NCBI GenBank assembly: GCA_013151015.1
Contig: JAADJA010000044.1
Coordinates: 1,417-65,416, forward strand
DNA from: Chlorobiota bacterium
GTDB taxonomy: Bacteria; Bacteroidota; Bacteroidia; Bacteroidales; JAADJA01
DNA length: 64,000 nucleotides
Direction: 5' to 3'
This document shows, in pieces, positions 8,929 through 19,045 of this stretch. The position numbers were made by a program, and so were the translations under genes. Under the pieces are notes generated by a model, which searched no databases, was not told the DNA's origin, and worked only from the letters and a program-made list of their open reading frames with translations. Every line of letters begins with the position of its first letter. The stretch's first letter is position 1.

Positions 8929-9279
8929 TTGAGCCAGGGTTTGGCTTTATACCAATGCGATACAGCTCTGCAAAACTTCCGGCGGTCTGTTGCCGCCCGT
9001 CCACCAGCCAAAGTGAAGTGGCGTACAGGCCACCTTGTTTTGGAAGGCGGGCGCATAACCACTACCAAAAAACTTTGGCTTCGCAAATCTTTTATGTATC
9101 AGTATAAGTCAAGCCCTGAAGAATACAAATAGTCAATTCAAATGCCAAATCATTTTTAAAACCATGAATTAACCTAAAACCCATAAAACTATCTATTTAC
9201 AAATCAATTTTCAAAAGACCACAATTTCTGTCCATCACCTGTTCCCAATATTTCAGGATTTTTTCAAGCAGGTGTGACA

Positions 9280-11100
9280 TTATGCGCTCTCTTTCCCCAA
9301 CCGGATTCCCCTTACTTTAACCACTCCGTCATTACCAAGCAAACCAGGGCCATTGAGCCTTCCTTTTTCGCTTTTGTTCTCCAATTTCAAAACGCCCCTT
9401 GGGCAAACTGCGGCACAAACCCCGCACCCCACACAGGAAGCCCTTGCAAAATCCTGCCCACGCTGGGCATACCATCTCACATCGATTCCCATTTCGCAAT
9501 AGGTGGAACAATTTCCACAGGAAATACATTGTCCTCCATTTGTTGTGATCCTGAAACGCGATTTAAAACGCTGGATAATTCCCATATAAGCGGCAAGCGG
9601 ACAACCAAAACGGCACCAAATCCGATTTCCCATCAAAGGATAGAAGCCCGTTCCAACAACCCCTGAAAAAATAGAGCTTATGAGGAAGCCATAGATTTTA
9701 CGCATTTGATAGGAATCGATCCCCAACAAAACGCTTTTTCCGGTAAAGAAAGTATAAAGCACCCAAGAGGTCATCACAACGACGAAGACCAAAACCGCAT
9801 AGATCAGATACCTTTCGATTTTCCAGGCGATTATTTTCTTACTCGATAGTTGCCTGAACGGGTCACCGGCGGTTTCGGCCAATCCGCCACAACCGCACAC
9901 CCAGGAGCAATACCATCTTTTCCCCACAAAATAGGTGAGCACAGGTACGGCAATTACAATCAAGGCAATACTCCAAACCAACATCATCATTCCCAATGCA
10001 CCGGAATTTAGGTAAGAATTAATCCGCCATTCGAAAAAGAAACTGTAATCCAGTGGCCAGATATTCTTTAAATCAACTTCCGGGAGATTGAGGGCAAATA
10101 AAATCTGCGGCATCATGAATGCGATTATCAACTGAAAAAACATGACCGAAAATGTACGGATACGCTGATACTTATTATGGCGGTATTTGCTCAGGAAACG
10201 CAATCCCATAACCAAAACAGCAAAGGTGTACAAAAACCCGTAGAGGAACCACTGACTGGCTTCCCGGCCAAAAAGGCCCACACTTGCCACTTCCGAAATG
10301 GAAACCCATTCCACAATGTAAACCGGGAAAAAATACAGGACGATGTAAAATAATATGAGGAAAGAGCCCATCAAAATCCCAATAATGCCCTGACTGTTGA
10401 GCGAGGTTTTGAAAATACGGTTGTGCTTGATGCCCGGCAATCCGTCCCAAAACTTTGGGAGGATAAATATCATGGCCCCTATGAAAGCAAGGATGAAAGT
10501 GAGGGCAAAAAACAATCCTGTATTGTTTGAGACCAAACCTGTCCCGGCTTTTTTGGTTAACACGAACAAAAGATTCCCTATCGCATAATCATCAAATGCT
10601 TTTGTATATTGAATGTTGTTGTTGAAACCGGTCAGCGAGTTTTTCAGGTCATTTTTCAAATCCTCTGCAGATTGGTATTTGCGGTCGGCTATCCAGCCCG
10701 TAAAATCATTGATCCCTTTCGCTTTGTATTGACCTGCCCCATCGTTTTCGGGAAACACCTTTTCAGCAAAAGCCGTCGAATATTTTATTTTCCCTGAGGC
10801 GGACGATAGTTTCACCAAGGCATCAATATCCCGATCCGATATTTTGTATTTATTGACAATTGAAGCATTTGCCACGGACAAGGCTTGTTTCAATTCATCC
10901 ACAAACTCCAATTTGGAAGAAATTGTTTTTCCCTCAAATCCCTTAGAAGCCTCTTTTAGTGCTTCTGTTTTAACATCACCCAAACCTGCATCATCAATCA
11001 ATTTGTTGGTGAGCTTGTAATCGTTCAAAAAAAGGCTGGCAATAAATATTGTGAACGCCGTGAGGGTTATCCCGATCCCTATGTTATATATTGTTTTCAT
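9280..11100 (-). CDS. Membrane-bound polyferredoxin-like 4Fe-4S protein
   Basis: CSWVCGCGG, CRFGCP, CISCGNCSTYCEMG and CVGCGVCAAVCPRG are present, with multiple TM helices. I prefer the start at 11100 (MKTIYNIGIG...). Confidence 0.8.
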   Translation of the reverse strand: MKTIYNIGIGITLTAFTIFIASLFLNDYKLTNKLIDDAGLGDVKTEALKEASKGFEGKTISSKLEFVDELKQALSVANASIVNKYKISDRDIDALVKLSSASGKIKYSTAFAEKVFPENDGAGQYKAKGINDFTGWIADRKYQSAEDLKNDLKNSLTGFNNNIQYTKAFDDYAIGNLLFVLTKKAGTGLVSNNTGLFFALTFILAFIGAMIFILPKFWDGLPGIKHNRIFKTSLNSQGIIGILMGSFLILFYIVLYFFPVYIVEWVSISEVASVGLFGREASQWFLYGFLYTFAVLVMGLRFLSKYRHNKYQRIRTFSVMFFQLIIAFMMPQILFALNLPEVDLKNIWPLDYSFFFEWRINSYLNSGALGMMMLVWSIALIVIAVPVLTYFVGKRWYCSWVCGCGGLAETAGDPFRQLSSKKIIAWKIERYLIYAVLVFVVVMTSWVLYTFFTGKSVLLGIDSYQMRKIYGFLISSIFSGVVGTGFYPLMGNRIWCRFGCPLAAYMGIIQRFKSRFRITTNGGQCISCGNCSTYCEMGIDVRWYAQRGQDFARASCVGCGVCAAVCPRGVLKLENKSEKGRLNGPGLLGNDGVVKVRGIRLGKESA

Positions 11101-11209
11101 TTTATAAATATTGAACCATAAAAGGCATAAAAGGAAAAATGATTGCACCACCTCGATCAATCCCAAATATTTTAAATGCCAATCATGGGTTTTTAAATTT
11201 GTGAAATAA

Positions 11210-12493
11210 TTAGAATGCTATTTGCTTGTTAAATTTCCCTTTGATTTCCGTTTCGTAACTTTTGTAAAATTCCGGGTCAAAATTCGCTTCCGTAAGCTCT
11301 TCGACCACCGCTTTCACGTGCTTCTTTTCTTTTATCCATTTTTCCATCACCCCATGCCTCAACCTAATGCCAAACACATTACAGCCTTTCAGGAACTTTT
11401 CCTTTTTATCGAATACAAGCTTTAGGCACTTTCTTCCCGTTTCATCTTCCCAATAAAAATCCCGTTCGTCTTCCTTCAAATTTGCCCAGACCCATCCGTA
11501 AGTCTGATATTCGATTTCGAGGAACTTGGCGGAATTGAACCAGATACCGGGTTGGTATTTCAATTTATCTTTACAAATTGTATAAGCAAGTGTTTCCCCC
11601 ATCATCCGCCCGGTGTACCAAACCTGTTCCACGGGTCTTCTTTCGCCCGGAGGTGTTTTGTGTTGGGCACAATCGCCAATGGCATAAACATCGGGCACAT
11701 TGGTCTCGCAATATTCATTGATCAAAATCCCTCTTGCCGTTTCGATTCCCGAATCCTCCAGGAAATCAATATTAGGGCTCACCCCGGCGGTCAGGCCCAC
11801 AAACCCGCATTCAATTTCATCACCTTTGCTTGTTACCACAGATTTGACCCGCCCATTGGAATCCGGCACAATTTCCTTTAACTCTGTTTCCAAACGGAGG
11901 TCGATATGGTTTTCCCGGATATGCCTTGTAATCAATGCCGATTCCTCGGCAGGTAGTATATTGTTCCAAAAACTTGTTTCGCGTACGAGGAAAGTTACAT
12001 CAATATCCCGTGAGTGCAACATCTCCGCCAACTCGATCCCGATCAGACCTCCACCAACGATCACCCCTCGCTTAATGTCTTTTGTGTATTTTTCGATATC
12101 TTGTAAATCAGGGTAACTGTACATTCCCGAAACGCCATCCATATCCTGGCCGGGCCATCCGAATTTATTGGATTTGGAACCCACCGCAAGGATGAGGACA
12201 TCATAGCCAACAGCTTTTCCATCCGACAAAACCAATTCTTTTTTGGCTATGTCAACCTTGTCCACTTTTGCATTCATCAAGTCGATGCGGTTTTTCTTCC
12301 AGAAATGATCTTCATAAGGCTTTGTGTGCTCATATTCCATGTGACCCATATAAATGTACATGAGTGCCGTGCGCGAAAAGAAATGCTCAGTCTCGGATGA
12401 AATTACCGTGATTTTGTATTGGCTCATTTTTCGGATTTCCCGGGCCGCCGTAATCCCTGAGATACCGTTTCCAAGAATAACAATATTTTTCAT
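11210..12493 (-). CDS. NAD(P)/FAD-dependent pyridine nucleotide-disulfide-type oxidoreductase
   Basis: The N-terminal Rossmann motif is IVILGNGISGITAA and the second dinucleotide motif is VIVGGGLIGIELAE. AIGDCA lies near the C-terminal part. Confidence 0.85.
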   Translation of the reverse strand: MKNIVILGNGISGITAAREIRKMSQYKITVISSETEHFFSRTALMYIYMGHMEYEHTKPYEDHFWKKNRIDLMNAKVDKVDIAKKELVLSDGKAVGYDVLILAVGSKSNKFGWPGQDMDGVSGMYSYPDLQDIEKYTKDIKRGVIVGGGLIGIELAEMLHSRDIDVTFLVRETSFWNNILPAEESALITRHIRENHIDLRLETELKEIVPDSNGRVKSVVTSKGDEIECGFVGLTAGVSPNIDFLEDSGIETARGILINEYCETNVPDVYAIGDCAQHKTPPGERRPVEQVWYTGRMMGETLAYTICKDKLKYQPGIWFNSAKFLEIEYQTYGWVWANLKEDERDFYWEDETGRKCLKLVFDKKEKFLKGCNVFGIRLRHGVMEKWIKEKKHVKAVVEELTEANFDPEFYKSYETEIKGKFNKQIAF

Positions 12494-12706
12494 TTTCCTA
12501 TGGATTATATAATACTATAACTCTATGTCGCAAAAAACAATCATCCCTTACTCATTAAGAACACCCCATGAAACATGATAAATGATATGAGAGTTTTTCT
12601 TCTGGTTTTCTGAATCTTACAAAGATAAAAGAATTGAAGAATCTTAGATGGTTTTTTTGCAAATATCAAATTGATTCACAAGATATCGGGAATTGATGGA
12701 TTACAG

Positions 12707-13367
12707 CTTGCCGTGGATGTTGGGGATAATGCCAACACCCCGACTGCCGCCTGTTGGTGTTGTCACCAATGGGAATAATTTCATGGCTTTCCAACAACTA
12801 CCGAAACCGTGCATGTTGGTGATAATACCAACATGGGGCATGGATAACGCCAACAACCCCGACTGCAGCCCGTTGGTGTTGTCACCAACGGGAATAATTT
12901 CATGGCTTTCCAACAGCTATCGAAACCGTGCATGTTGGTGACAACACCAACATGGGGCATGGATAACGACAACACCCTGACTGCCGCCCGTTGGTGTTGT
13001 CACCAATGGGAATAATTTCATGCTTTCCAACAACTACTGAAAACGTGCATGTTGGTGACAACACCAACATGGGGCATGGATAACGCCAACACCCCGACTG
13101 CCGCCCGTTGGTGTTGTCACCAATGGGAATAGTTTCACGGCTTGCCAACAACTATCGAAACCGTGCATGTTGGTGACAACACCAACAAGGAGCATGGATA
13201 ACGCCAATACCCCGACTGCAGCCCGTTGGTGTTGTCACCAACGGGAATAATTTCATGCTTTCCAACAACTACTGAAAACGTGCATGTTGGTGACAACACC
13301 GACATGGGGCATGGATAACGCCAATACCCCGACTGCAGCCCGTTGGTGTTGTCACCAACGGGAATAA
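12707..13367. repeat. REP doublet array (left of the RAYT): six units with a ~118-bp period
   Basis: The hairpin A core GTTGGTGTTGTCACCAA starts at 12753, 12872, 12990, 13108, 13225 and 13342. The inverse hairpin B (catGTTGGTGacaaCACCAACatg) lies between successive A copies. Confidence 0.95.
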
Positions 13368-13377
13368 ACCAAATCAA

Positions 13378-13899
13378 TCAAAATATATCTTCGTAATAAT
13401 GTGTAATAAATCCCCAATCATCAATATTCAGGATATAATACTTTGCTGAAGAATACTTATAATCCTCCGGATGTTCAATTAAATGCCATTTTTCTTGTAA
13501 AGGGTTCAAATGAATATAATCCAATTTTTGTTCAAATACCCTTCTGTTGTACATTTTCTTGTTCTGGGAACCACGTTGCCAAAACTGATATTGCCTGTCG
13601 GATCCATTCTTTTTAAACTGATTAAGCATATGGGGATTGGTATCCAGCAAATCAAATTTGATTTGTTGGGAGGTGAACTTAAGAAAATCACGCTGCACAT
13701 TTCGAAGTAGATTTCCTTCTCTCATCCTCAATAACACATGGACGTGATTTGGCATTATTACGAACCCATACAAATATATCCGTTTATTGACAACCATAAA
13801 CTCCAAGGAATCAACAACTATCTTTTTGTAACTATCTTTGGATAAAAGATGTTTCCAATCAACGATTGTCGCAGTAAAAAAAAGGATAAAGTCTTCCAT
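13378..13899 (-). CDS. REP-associated tyrosine transposase (RAYT; IS200/IS605-like Y1 HUH transposase fold)
   Basis: 173 aa. The HUH motif is MPNHVHVLL and the catalytic Tyr motif is LDYIHLNPLQ. There are no IS ends, and REP arrays flank it on both sides. Confidence 0.85.
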   Translation of the reverse strand: MEDFILFFTATIVDWKHLLSKDSYKKIVVDSLEFMVVNKRIYLYGFVIMPNHVHVLLRMREGNLLRNVQRDFLKFTSQQIKFDLLDTNPHMLNQFKKNGSDRQYQFWQRGSQNKKMYNRRVFEQKLDYIHLNPLQEKWHLIEHPEDYKYSSAKYYILNIDDWGFITHYYEDIF

Positions 13900-13904
13900 A
13901 CAGG

Positions 13905-13912
13905 CAAATATA
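13905..13912 (-). promoter_or_regulatory. Bacteroidota -7 box TAtaTTTG just upstream of the RAYT start (near-leaderless)
   Basis: The plus strand reads CAAATATA at 13905-13912, which is TATATTTG on the minus strand. Only 5 nt separate it from the ATG at 13899. Confidence 0.4.
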
Positions 13913-13960
13913 GATATTTTTAATTGTTGTTCATTTTGATAATATTATCAAAACGGGACG

Positions 13961-14536
13961 ACTTGTTTCTTGCCACAGCCCAACACCCCGACTGCCGCCC
14001 GTTGGTGTTGTCACCAATGGGAATAATTTCACGGCTTGCCAACAATTGACAGAACCGTATATGTTGGTGACAACACCAACATGGGGCATGGATAATGCCA
14101 ACACCCCGACTGCCGCCTGTTGGTGTTGTCACCAATGGGAATAATTTCATGGCTTGCCAACAACTATCGAAACCGTGCATGTTGGTGACAACACCAACAT
14201 GGGGCATGGATAACGACAACACCACAACTGCTGCCCGTTGGTGTTGTCACCAATGGGAATAATTTCATGGCTTTCCAACAGCTATCGAAACCGTGCATGT
14301 TGGTGACAACACCAACATGGGGCATGGATAACGCCAACACCACAACTGCTGCCCGTTGGTGTTGTCACCAATGGGAATAGTTTCACGGCTTGCCAACAAC
14401 TGCCAAAACCGTTGTTTTTTGCCACAGCCCAATACCCCGACTGCCGCCCGTAAGTGTTGTCACCAACGGGAATAGTTTCACGGCTTGCCAACAACTATCG
14501 AAACCGTGCATGTTGGTGACAACACCAACATGGGGC
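13961..14536. repeat. REP doublet array (right of the RAYT): four full units plus one degenerate unit, same orientation as the left array
   Basis: Hairpin A cores start at 14001, 14119, 14237 and 14355, an exact 118-bp period. A degenerate copy lies at about 14450. Hairpin B copies lie at about 14061, 14179, 14297 and 14509. Confidence 0.95.
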
Positions 14537-14633
14537 AATGTGAAAAAACTTCAAATCAACGATAAAACCAGTTCTGTTTTGTATTTTGACGAATATAAAT
14601 TAAAGGCGGTAAAAAGGTAAAATCAAAGCCCAA

Positions 14634-16706
14634 TTATTTAAAACAATACCGCTTCATTACATGGTAGGCCTCTTCGATGCCCATTTCTCCTGCCCGGCTC
14701 AGGTTGGAGCAACCGGTGGAATTCAGTTTCATAAAAAGGAGCAGTAAGCCTTTATTGTAATAGGCTTCTGCAAAATCATCCTTCAAACCGATGGCTTTTG
14801 AAAAATCATTGATGGCACCCCAGTAGTCGCTCATCAAAGACCGCACATAGCCTTTGTTGAAATAGACAAAATAAAAATCAGGATCGAGGGAAATGACTTT
14901 GTTGAAATCCTGTATAATTTGGTTGTACTCCTTTTCAATTGAAGCCGAGTCAATCTGTTGATGTGCAATGGACAGATCCCTTGAAGCATCGAACACGTAT
15001 TCCATACCATTGTTTGAGGTGATGAGCTCCGTAAGTTTGAAACGTGTATTTGCCCGGCAAAACCAGGCCATCACATGTTGTGGATCTAAACGGATGGCTT
15101 CGTCAAAATAATTCAAAGCACTCCGGTAATCCCTTGTCTGGGCCAACAGCAATCCTTTTTGATAGTAATTTGAAGCCTCCCCGGGTTTTTCGATTATCGA
15201 TCGGTCCAGCGCATCCATTTCGACCCTAACCATGTTTTCATCCAATTTTGGCTCCTCCTCCGTAAGATTGATTATGGGTACAGAATAGCCTTTTTTATCA
15301 AACGTATCGTACATTTTTATCCCCGACAGATCGGAAGCGAAAAGCACGGCATGAAAAACCGTCTTCAATTCAATGTCCACAAACTGATTTTGGATTTTCC
15401 CATCAGAAGCATCCTTATCATAAAACTCACCACTAAATGCCAGCAATTTTTTCAGGTACATCGTCTGTTCAAGGCTCAGGCTGTCATTGTTAAAATTAAA
15501 CTCGTTGATCCCATAGGCCATTTTATAATCTTTTTCCGCCCCTTTAAAATCGCCCAATTGCTTCTTCACTTGCGAACGCTCATAAAACGCATCCGCAAAC
15601 TCGGGATAAATCCCTATGGCTTTATTATAATCGGCAATCGCGCCTTTCAGGTTTCCGGTGGAGGCTTTTAATTGCCCTCGGAACAAATATACCGCGATAT
15701 TCTCCGGGTTCAGTGCCAAAACCTTGTCCAAATCGGAAATAGCCCCTTTCGTGTCGTCCGTCCCAATTTTCAAAATTGCCCTGTTGTAATAGGCAAATGA
15801 ATTGTAAGGTGACATTTTCAGCACTTTGTTCAAATCCTTAAAAGCCCCAATCGTATCATGGATTTCAATCCGTGCCAGGGCGCGGTTCATATATGACTGG
15901 GTCTCCAGCGAATCGAGGGAAATGGCATGGTTGAAATCGACAAGGGCAGAATCGGGCTGCTCCAGCTCCATCCTTGCGCTGCCCCTTTGCAAATATCCAT
16001 CCGGGTTGAACCGGTTCTTTTCAACAGCTGTATTGAAATCCTTCAAGGCCTCCTCAAACTCCTTCAATCCTTTCCTTGCCATGCCCCGGATAATAAAGAG
16101 GTCTTCACTTGAAAACTTTAACTTCAATGCCTTATTGCAATCATCTATGGCTTTTTGATATTCCTTTAGGAAAAGGTAGGTGCGGGCCCGGTTTATCAGG
16201 ATGTAGGCATTCTTTTTATCGCGCTCAACGGCCAGTTTATAATCTTCGAGCGCGCCCCCAAAATTGTATTGCTGGCTACGGACAATCGCCCGGTAATGAT
16301 AGCTTTCGGCATAATAGGGGTCGAATTCGATGGACATGGTGAAATCATATTCGGCGCCCACATAATCGCCCAGGGAATATTTGGTAATCCCACGCAAAAA
16401 ATAGGCCTCATAGGATGTGGGGTGCATATAAACGGCCAGGTTAAAATCTTCCAAGGCTTTTATCAAATTATTCTCCTTTAAATCCTTACGGCCAATTTCG
16501 ATGTAATTCCCGACCCGTTGGGCTTGAAGCTTAAACATCGTCAGCCATATGAGGAGCGATAAGGAAAAAATAACCCGGGATTGTATTTTTATTCGGGATT
16601 GCTTCAAAAAGAGGAGTTTATATAAAGTTCGTTTATCATTGCTATCGAAGGGAACGCAAATCCCAATAATAATCGTTATCGGATTGCACGTCCGAAAGAG
16701 CTGCAT
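14634..16706 (-). CDS. Tetratricopeptide (TPR) repeat protein, exported
   Basis: Many A-x3-(F/Y)-x2-A-(I/L)-x3-P type TPR units occur throughout. The start is uncertain. A TTG at 16607 would give MKQSRIKIQSRVIFSLSLLIWLTMFKLQA, a cleaner signal peptide. Confidence 0.75.
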   Translation of the reverse strand: MQLFRTCNPITIIIGICVPFDSNDKRTLYKLLFLKQSRIKIQSRVIFSLSLLIWLTMFKLQAQRVGNYIEIGRKDLKENNLIKALEDFNLAVYMHPTSYEAYFLRGITKYSLGDYVGAEYDFTMSIEFDPYYAESYHYRAIVRSQQYNFGGALEDYKLAVERDKKNAYILINRARTYLFLKEYQKAIDDCNKALKLKFSSEDLFIIRGMARKGLKEFEEALKDFNTAVEKNRFNPDGYLQRGSARMELEQPDSALVDFNHAISLDSLETQSYMNRALARIEIHDTIGAFKDLNKVLKMSPYNSFAYYNRAILKIGTDDTKGAISDLDKVLALNPENIAVYLFRGQLKASTGNLKGAIADYNKAIGIYPEFADAFYERSQVKKQLGDFKGAEKDYKMAYGINEFNFNNDSLSLEQTMYLKKLLAFSGEFYDKDASDGKIQNQFVDIELKTVFHAVLFASDLSGIKMYDTFDKKGYSVPIINLTEEEPKLDENMVRVEMDALDRSIIEKPGEASNYYQKGLLLAQTRDYRSALNYFDEAIRLDPQHVMAWFCRANTRFKLTELITSNNGMEYVFDASRDLSIAHQQIDSASIEKEYNQIIQDFNKVISLDPDFYFVYFNKGYVRSLMSDYWGAINDFSKAIGLKDDFAEAYYNKGLLLLFMKLNSTGCSNLSRAGEMGIEEAYHVMKRYCFK

Positions 16707-16847
16707 TCTTAAAGTGGGCCTTCGTTTTCTTGCGCTTGCAAAAATAAGATTATTTGTCAGGCCGTTAAGCCAATGTCCCGAAAAACGGGTTGTTTTAACA
16801 AGTATTATGATTTATCGAAGAGGCCCACCGGAATCAAGCCCTCATAT

Positions 16848-18920
16848 CTATTCAGGATATTCAATCCGTAAATGATAAATGTTCATCAGCTTTTTCTTGA
16901 ATACTTTTTTAATGGTTTTGATATCGCGAAAGGTAATATCGGCATTATCAAACTGTCTGGATTCGATTTGTTTGTTGATGATATTTTCGACCAGCTTATT
17001 GATGGAATCCTCATCGGGGACTTTAAGTGTCCGGGAAGCGGCTTCCACCGCATCTGCCATCATCAGCACGGCGGTCTCTTTAGAAAAGGGTTCAGGCCCG
17101 GGATAGGTATAAATGCTTTCGTCAACCTCCTCATCAATATTATCCCTTTTGGCAAGCATATAAAAATACTCTGCCCGCCGGGTTCCATGGTGTGTTCTTA
17201 TGAAATCGATAATCTGCTCCGGGAGCTTCAGTTTTTTGGCCTTTTCAACACCTCCGACAATATGGTCGATGATAACGGCAGCACTCTCTTCATAGGTCAA
17301 TTCGTCGTGCGGGTTGACGCCCGTGCTTTGGTTCTCGATAAAATACAAAGGATCCCTCGTTTTGCCAATATCGTGGTACATGGCGCCCGTTCTCACCAAC
17401 AAGGGGTTTCCGCCTATGGCATAAGTGGCCGCTTCGGCAAGGTTGGCCATTTGCATGGAATGTTGAAAAGTCCCGGGGGCCTTCAACGAAAGCTCGCGCA
17501 GTATTTTGTTATTGGTATTGGAAAGCTCAAGCAGGGTAACATTTGTAATCAAACCAAAAACCTTTTCGAAAATAAAAATAATGGGATAGGAAAAGAGCGT
17601 TAGCACGGCACTTCCGCCAAACAACAAAAAGTAATTCAGTTTCAGCTCCTGAACGCTCCCTTCTTCAATGAGGTTCATTCCCGTATAAATCACCGAATAG
17701 GAAATAAAAATCATAAGGGACGTAAAAAAGAATTGCGACCTCCGCTCCAATTTCACAATGCTGAGGATAGTGATAATGCCGGTGAACAACTGGAGAAATA
17801 TATATTCAAAACTATTTGGGACAAGGGAACCGGTGAGGATAATAACGATTAAATGCACAAACAGGGCAAGCCGTGTATCATAGAAAACACTTATGATTAT
17901 TGGGACAATGCAAACCGGGATAAGGTAAACATATGCTGGGTTGAACTTCACCGTTAACTCGGTAACGAGGACCATAAAGAGGATCACCATCAGGATCAGG
18001 ACCAGGTTTTTCCCTTCGGCATAAACATTTGTCCTGAAAAACAAAATGAACAGCAGCAAAGCCACAAGGGCCACGGCCATCAGGATAATCTGCCCGATCA
18101 TTATGCCGATGGTTTTTGCGGAACCCCCGAGATTGGCCTCATAATCCTTTCGCAAGGATTCCAGCACCTGGAACTTTGCAGGCGTTATCAGTTCGCCTTT
18201 CGAAATGATCCGCTCGCCACTTTGCACCATTCCGCGTGTAAGGGAAACGCCATTGAGCAATGTTTTTTTCTCGTTTTCGGTTGTTTCAGGATCGAAACGG
18301 ATGTTCTGGAAAAGGGAATTCTCAAGTAGCCCTTTTAACATATCGTCTTCAAGTCCTTCGGTGGAATTTAAAAAAGAATGGATAAACGAATCGGCTGAGC
18401 GGATGGTGAAAAATTCACCGAGGTTTCGCTCGCTTACAACATTATTAATGATTACATTTACAATTGTTTCGCCCGGCTTACCTTCCAATTGGGGCGTCAA
18501 TTCGATAATCCCCTTTTGCATAATGCTATCGAAAACCTTCAGACAAACCCGTAGGTTATCTTCCTTTTTCTTTTCAAATCTTCTTTTATCCCCCTTTTCG
18601 GAACTCCATTTCGAATTAAAGTCCTGTATGAGCTTTTCCCTTTTGACCTTTACCAACTCAAGGTCATTCCTGAAATAGGGCTTTAATTGTTTCAAAACGG
18701 CCTCTTCCTCCTCTGCTATTTCTTCTGCCGATTTTAAAACCGCAAAGTCAAAGGGGGCGATAAGGTCTTGGTGCATCCAGGGTTTCCCCTTCCTGAACTC
18801 ATATTTGAACCTTCCTTCCTTTGGGAAAATCAGTACCAACAACACAACCGTAACCACAAACAATGATATCTTGGAAATATCGGCGTAATGGTTTCGCAGG
18901 TTGGATAAAAATTTTTTCAT
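16848..18920 (-). CDS. pgpH: 7TM receptor with intracellular HD phosphohydrolase domain (PgpH-type, cyclic-di-AMP phosphodiesterase family)
   Basis: An N-terminal extracellular domain is followed by a 7-TM block and then an HD domain with MYHDIGK and IRTHHG. Confidence 0.8.
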   Translation of the reverse strand: MKKFLSNLRNHYADISKISLFVVTVVLLVLIFPKEGRFKYEFRKGKPWMHQDLIAPFDFAVLKSAEEIAEEEEAVLKQLKPYFRNDLELVKVKREKLIQDFNSKWSSEKGDKRRFEKKKEDNLRVCLKVFDSIMQKGIIELTPQLEGKPGETIVNVIINNVVSERNLGEFFTIRSADSFIHSFLNSTEGLEDDMLKGLLENSLFQNIRFDPETTENEKKTLLNGVSLTRGMVQSGERIISKGELITPAKFQVLESLRKDYEANLGGSAKTIGIMIGQIILMAVALVALLLFILFFRTNVYAEGKNLVLILMVILFMVLVTELTVKFNPAYVYLIPVCIVPIIISVFYDTRLALFVHLIVIILTGSLVPNSFEYIFLQLFTGIITILSIVKLERRSQFFFTSLMIFISYSVIYTGMNLIEEGSVQELKLNYFLLFGGSAVLTLFSYPIIFIFEKVFGLITNVTLLELSNTNNKILRELSLKAPGTFQHSMQMANLAEAATYAIGGNPLLVRTGAMYHDIGKTRDPLYFIENQSTGVNPHDELTYEESAAVIIDHIVGGVEKAKKLKLPEQIIDFIRTHHGTRRAEYFYMLAKRDNIDEEVDESIYTYPGPEPFSKETAVLMMADAVEAASRTLKVPDEDSINKLVENIINKQIESRQFDNADITFRDIKTIKKVFKKKLMNIYHLRIEYPE

Positions 18921-19045
18921 GTAATATCTTGTTTAGACAAAATTACTCTTTTTTCGGACTTAGATCAGGATTTGGTTCTACGGATTGCAAAAGAAAACAA
19001 TGGTAGCATTTCGACAGGCTCAATGTGACCAAAGTTTTCCGCATC

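Noticed and set aside
8985-9075. SRP (4.5S) RNA or a cobalamin riboswitch in the GC-rich island
   Set aside because: It contains GGAAGG, CTGTTG and AGCCAAAG-like strings. However, the order and pairing do not reproduce the SRP domain IV hairpin (GGAA tetraloop closed by complementary arms). No B12-box or GCCACTG core is present. I kept it only as an unclassified structured candidate.
12693-14494. Many 60-100-aa ORFs in the track with repetitive peptides (for example PVGDNTNGRQSG...CPMLVLSPTCT) on both strands
   Set aside because: They are translations of the tandem REP units. The same peptide recurs at the ~118-bp DNA period on both strands and has no start context. The same applies to 3911..4093, 4120..4359 and 4257..4439 in the other repeat region.
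12707-14536. Possibility that the regular ~118-bp arrays are CRISPR arrays
   Set aside because: Both the hairpin segments and the segments between them are conserved from unit to unit, so there are no unique spacers. The repeats are palindromic REP-type and no cas genes are present. A Y1 transposase sits in the middle instead.
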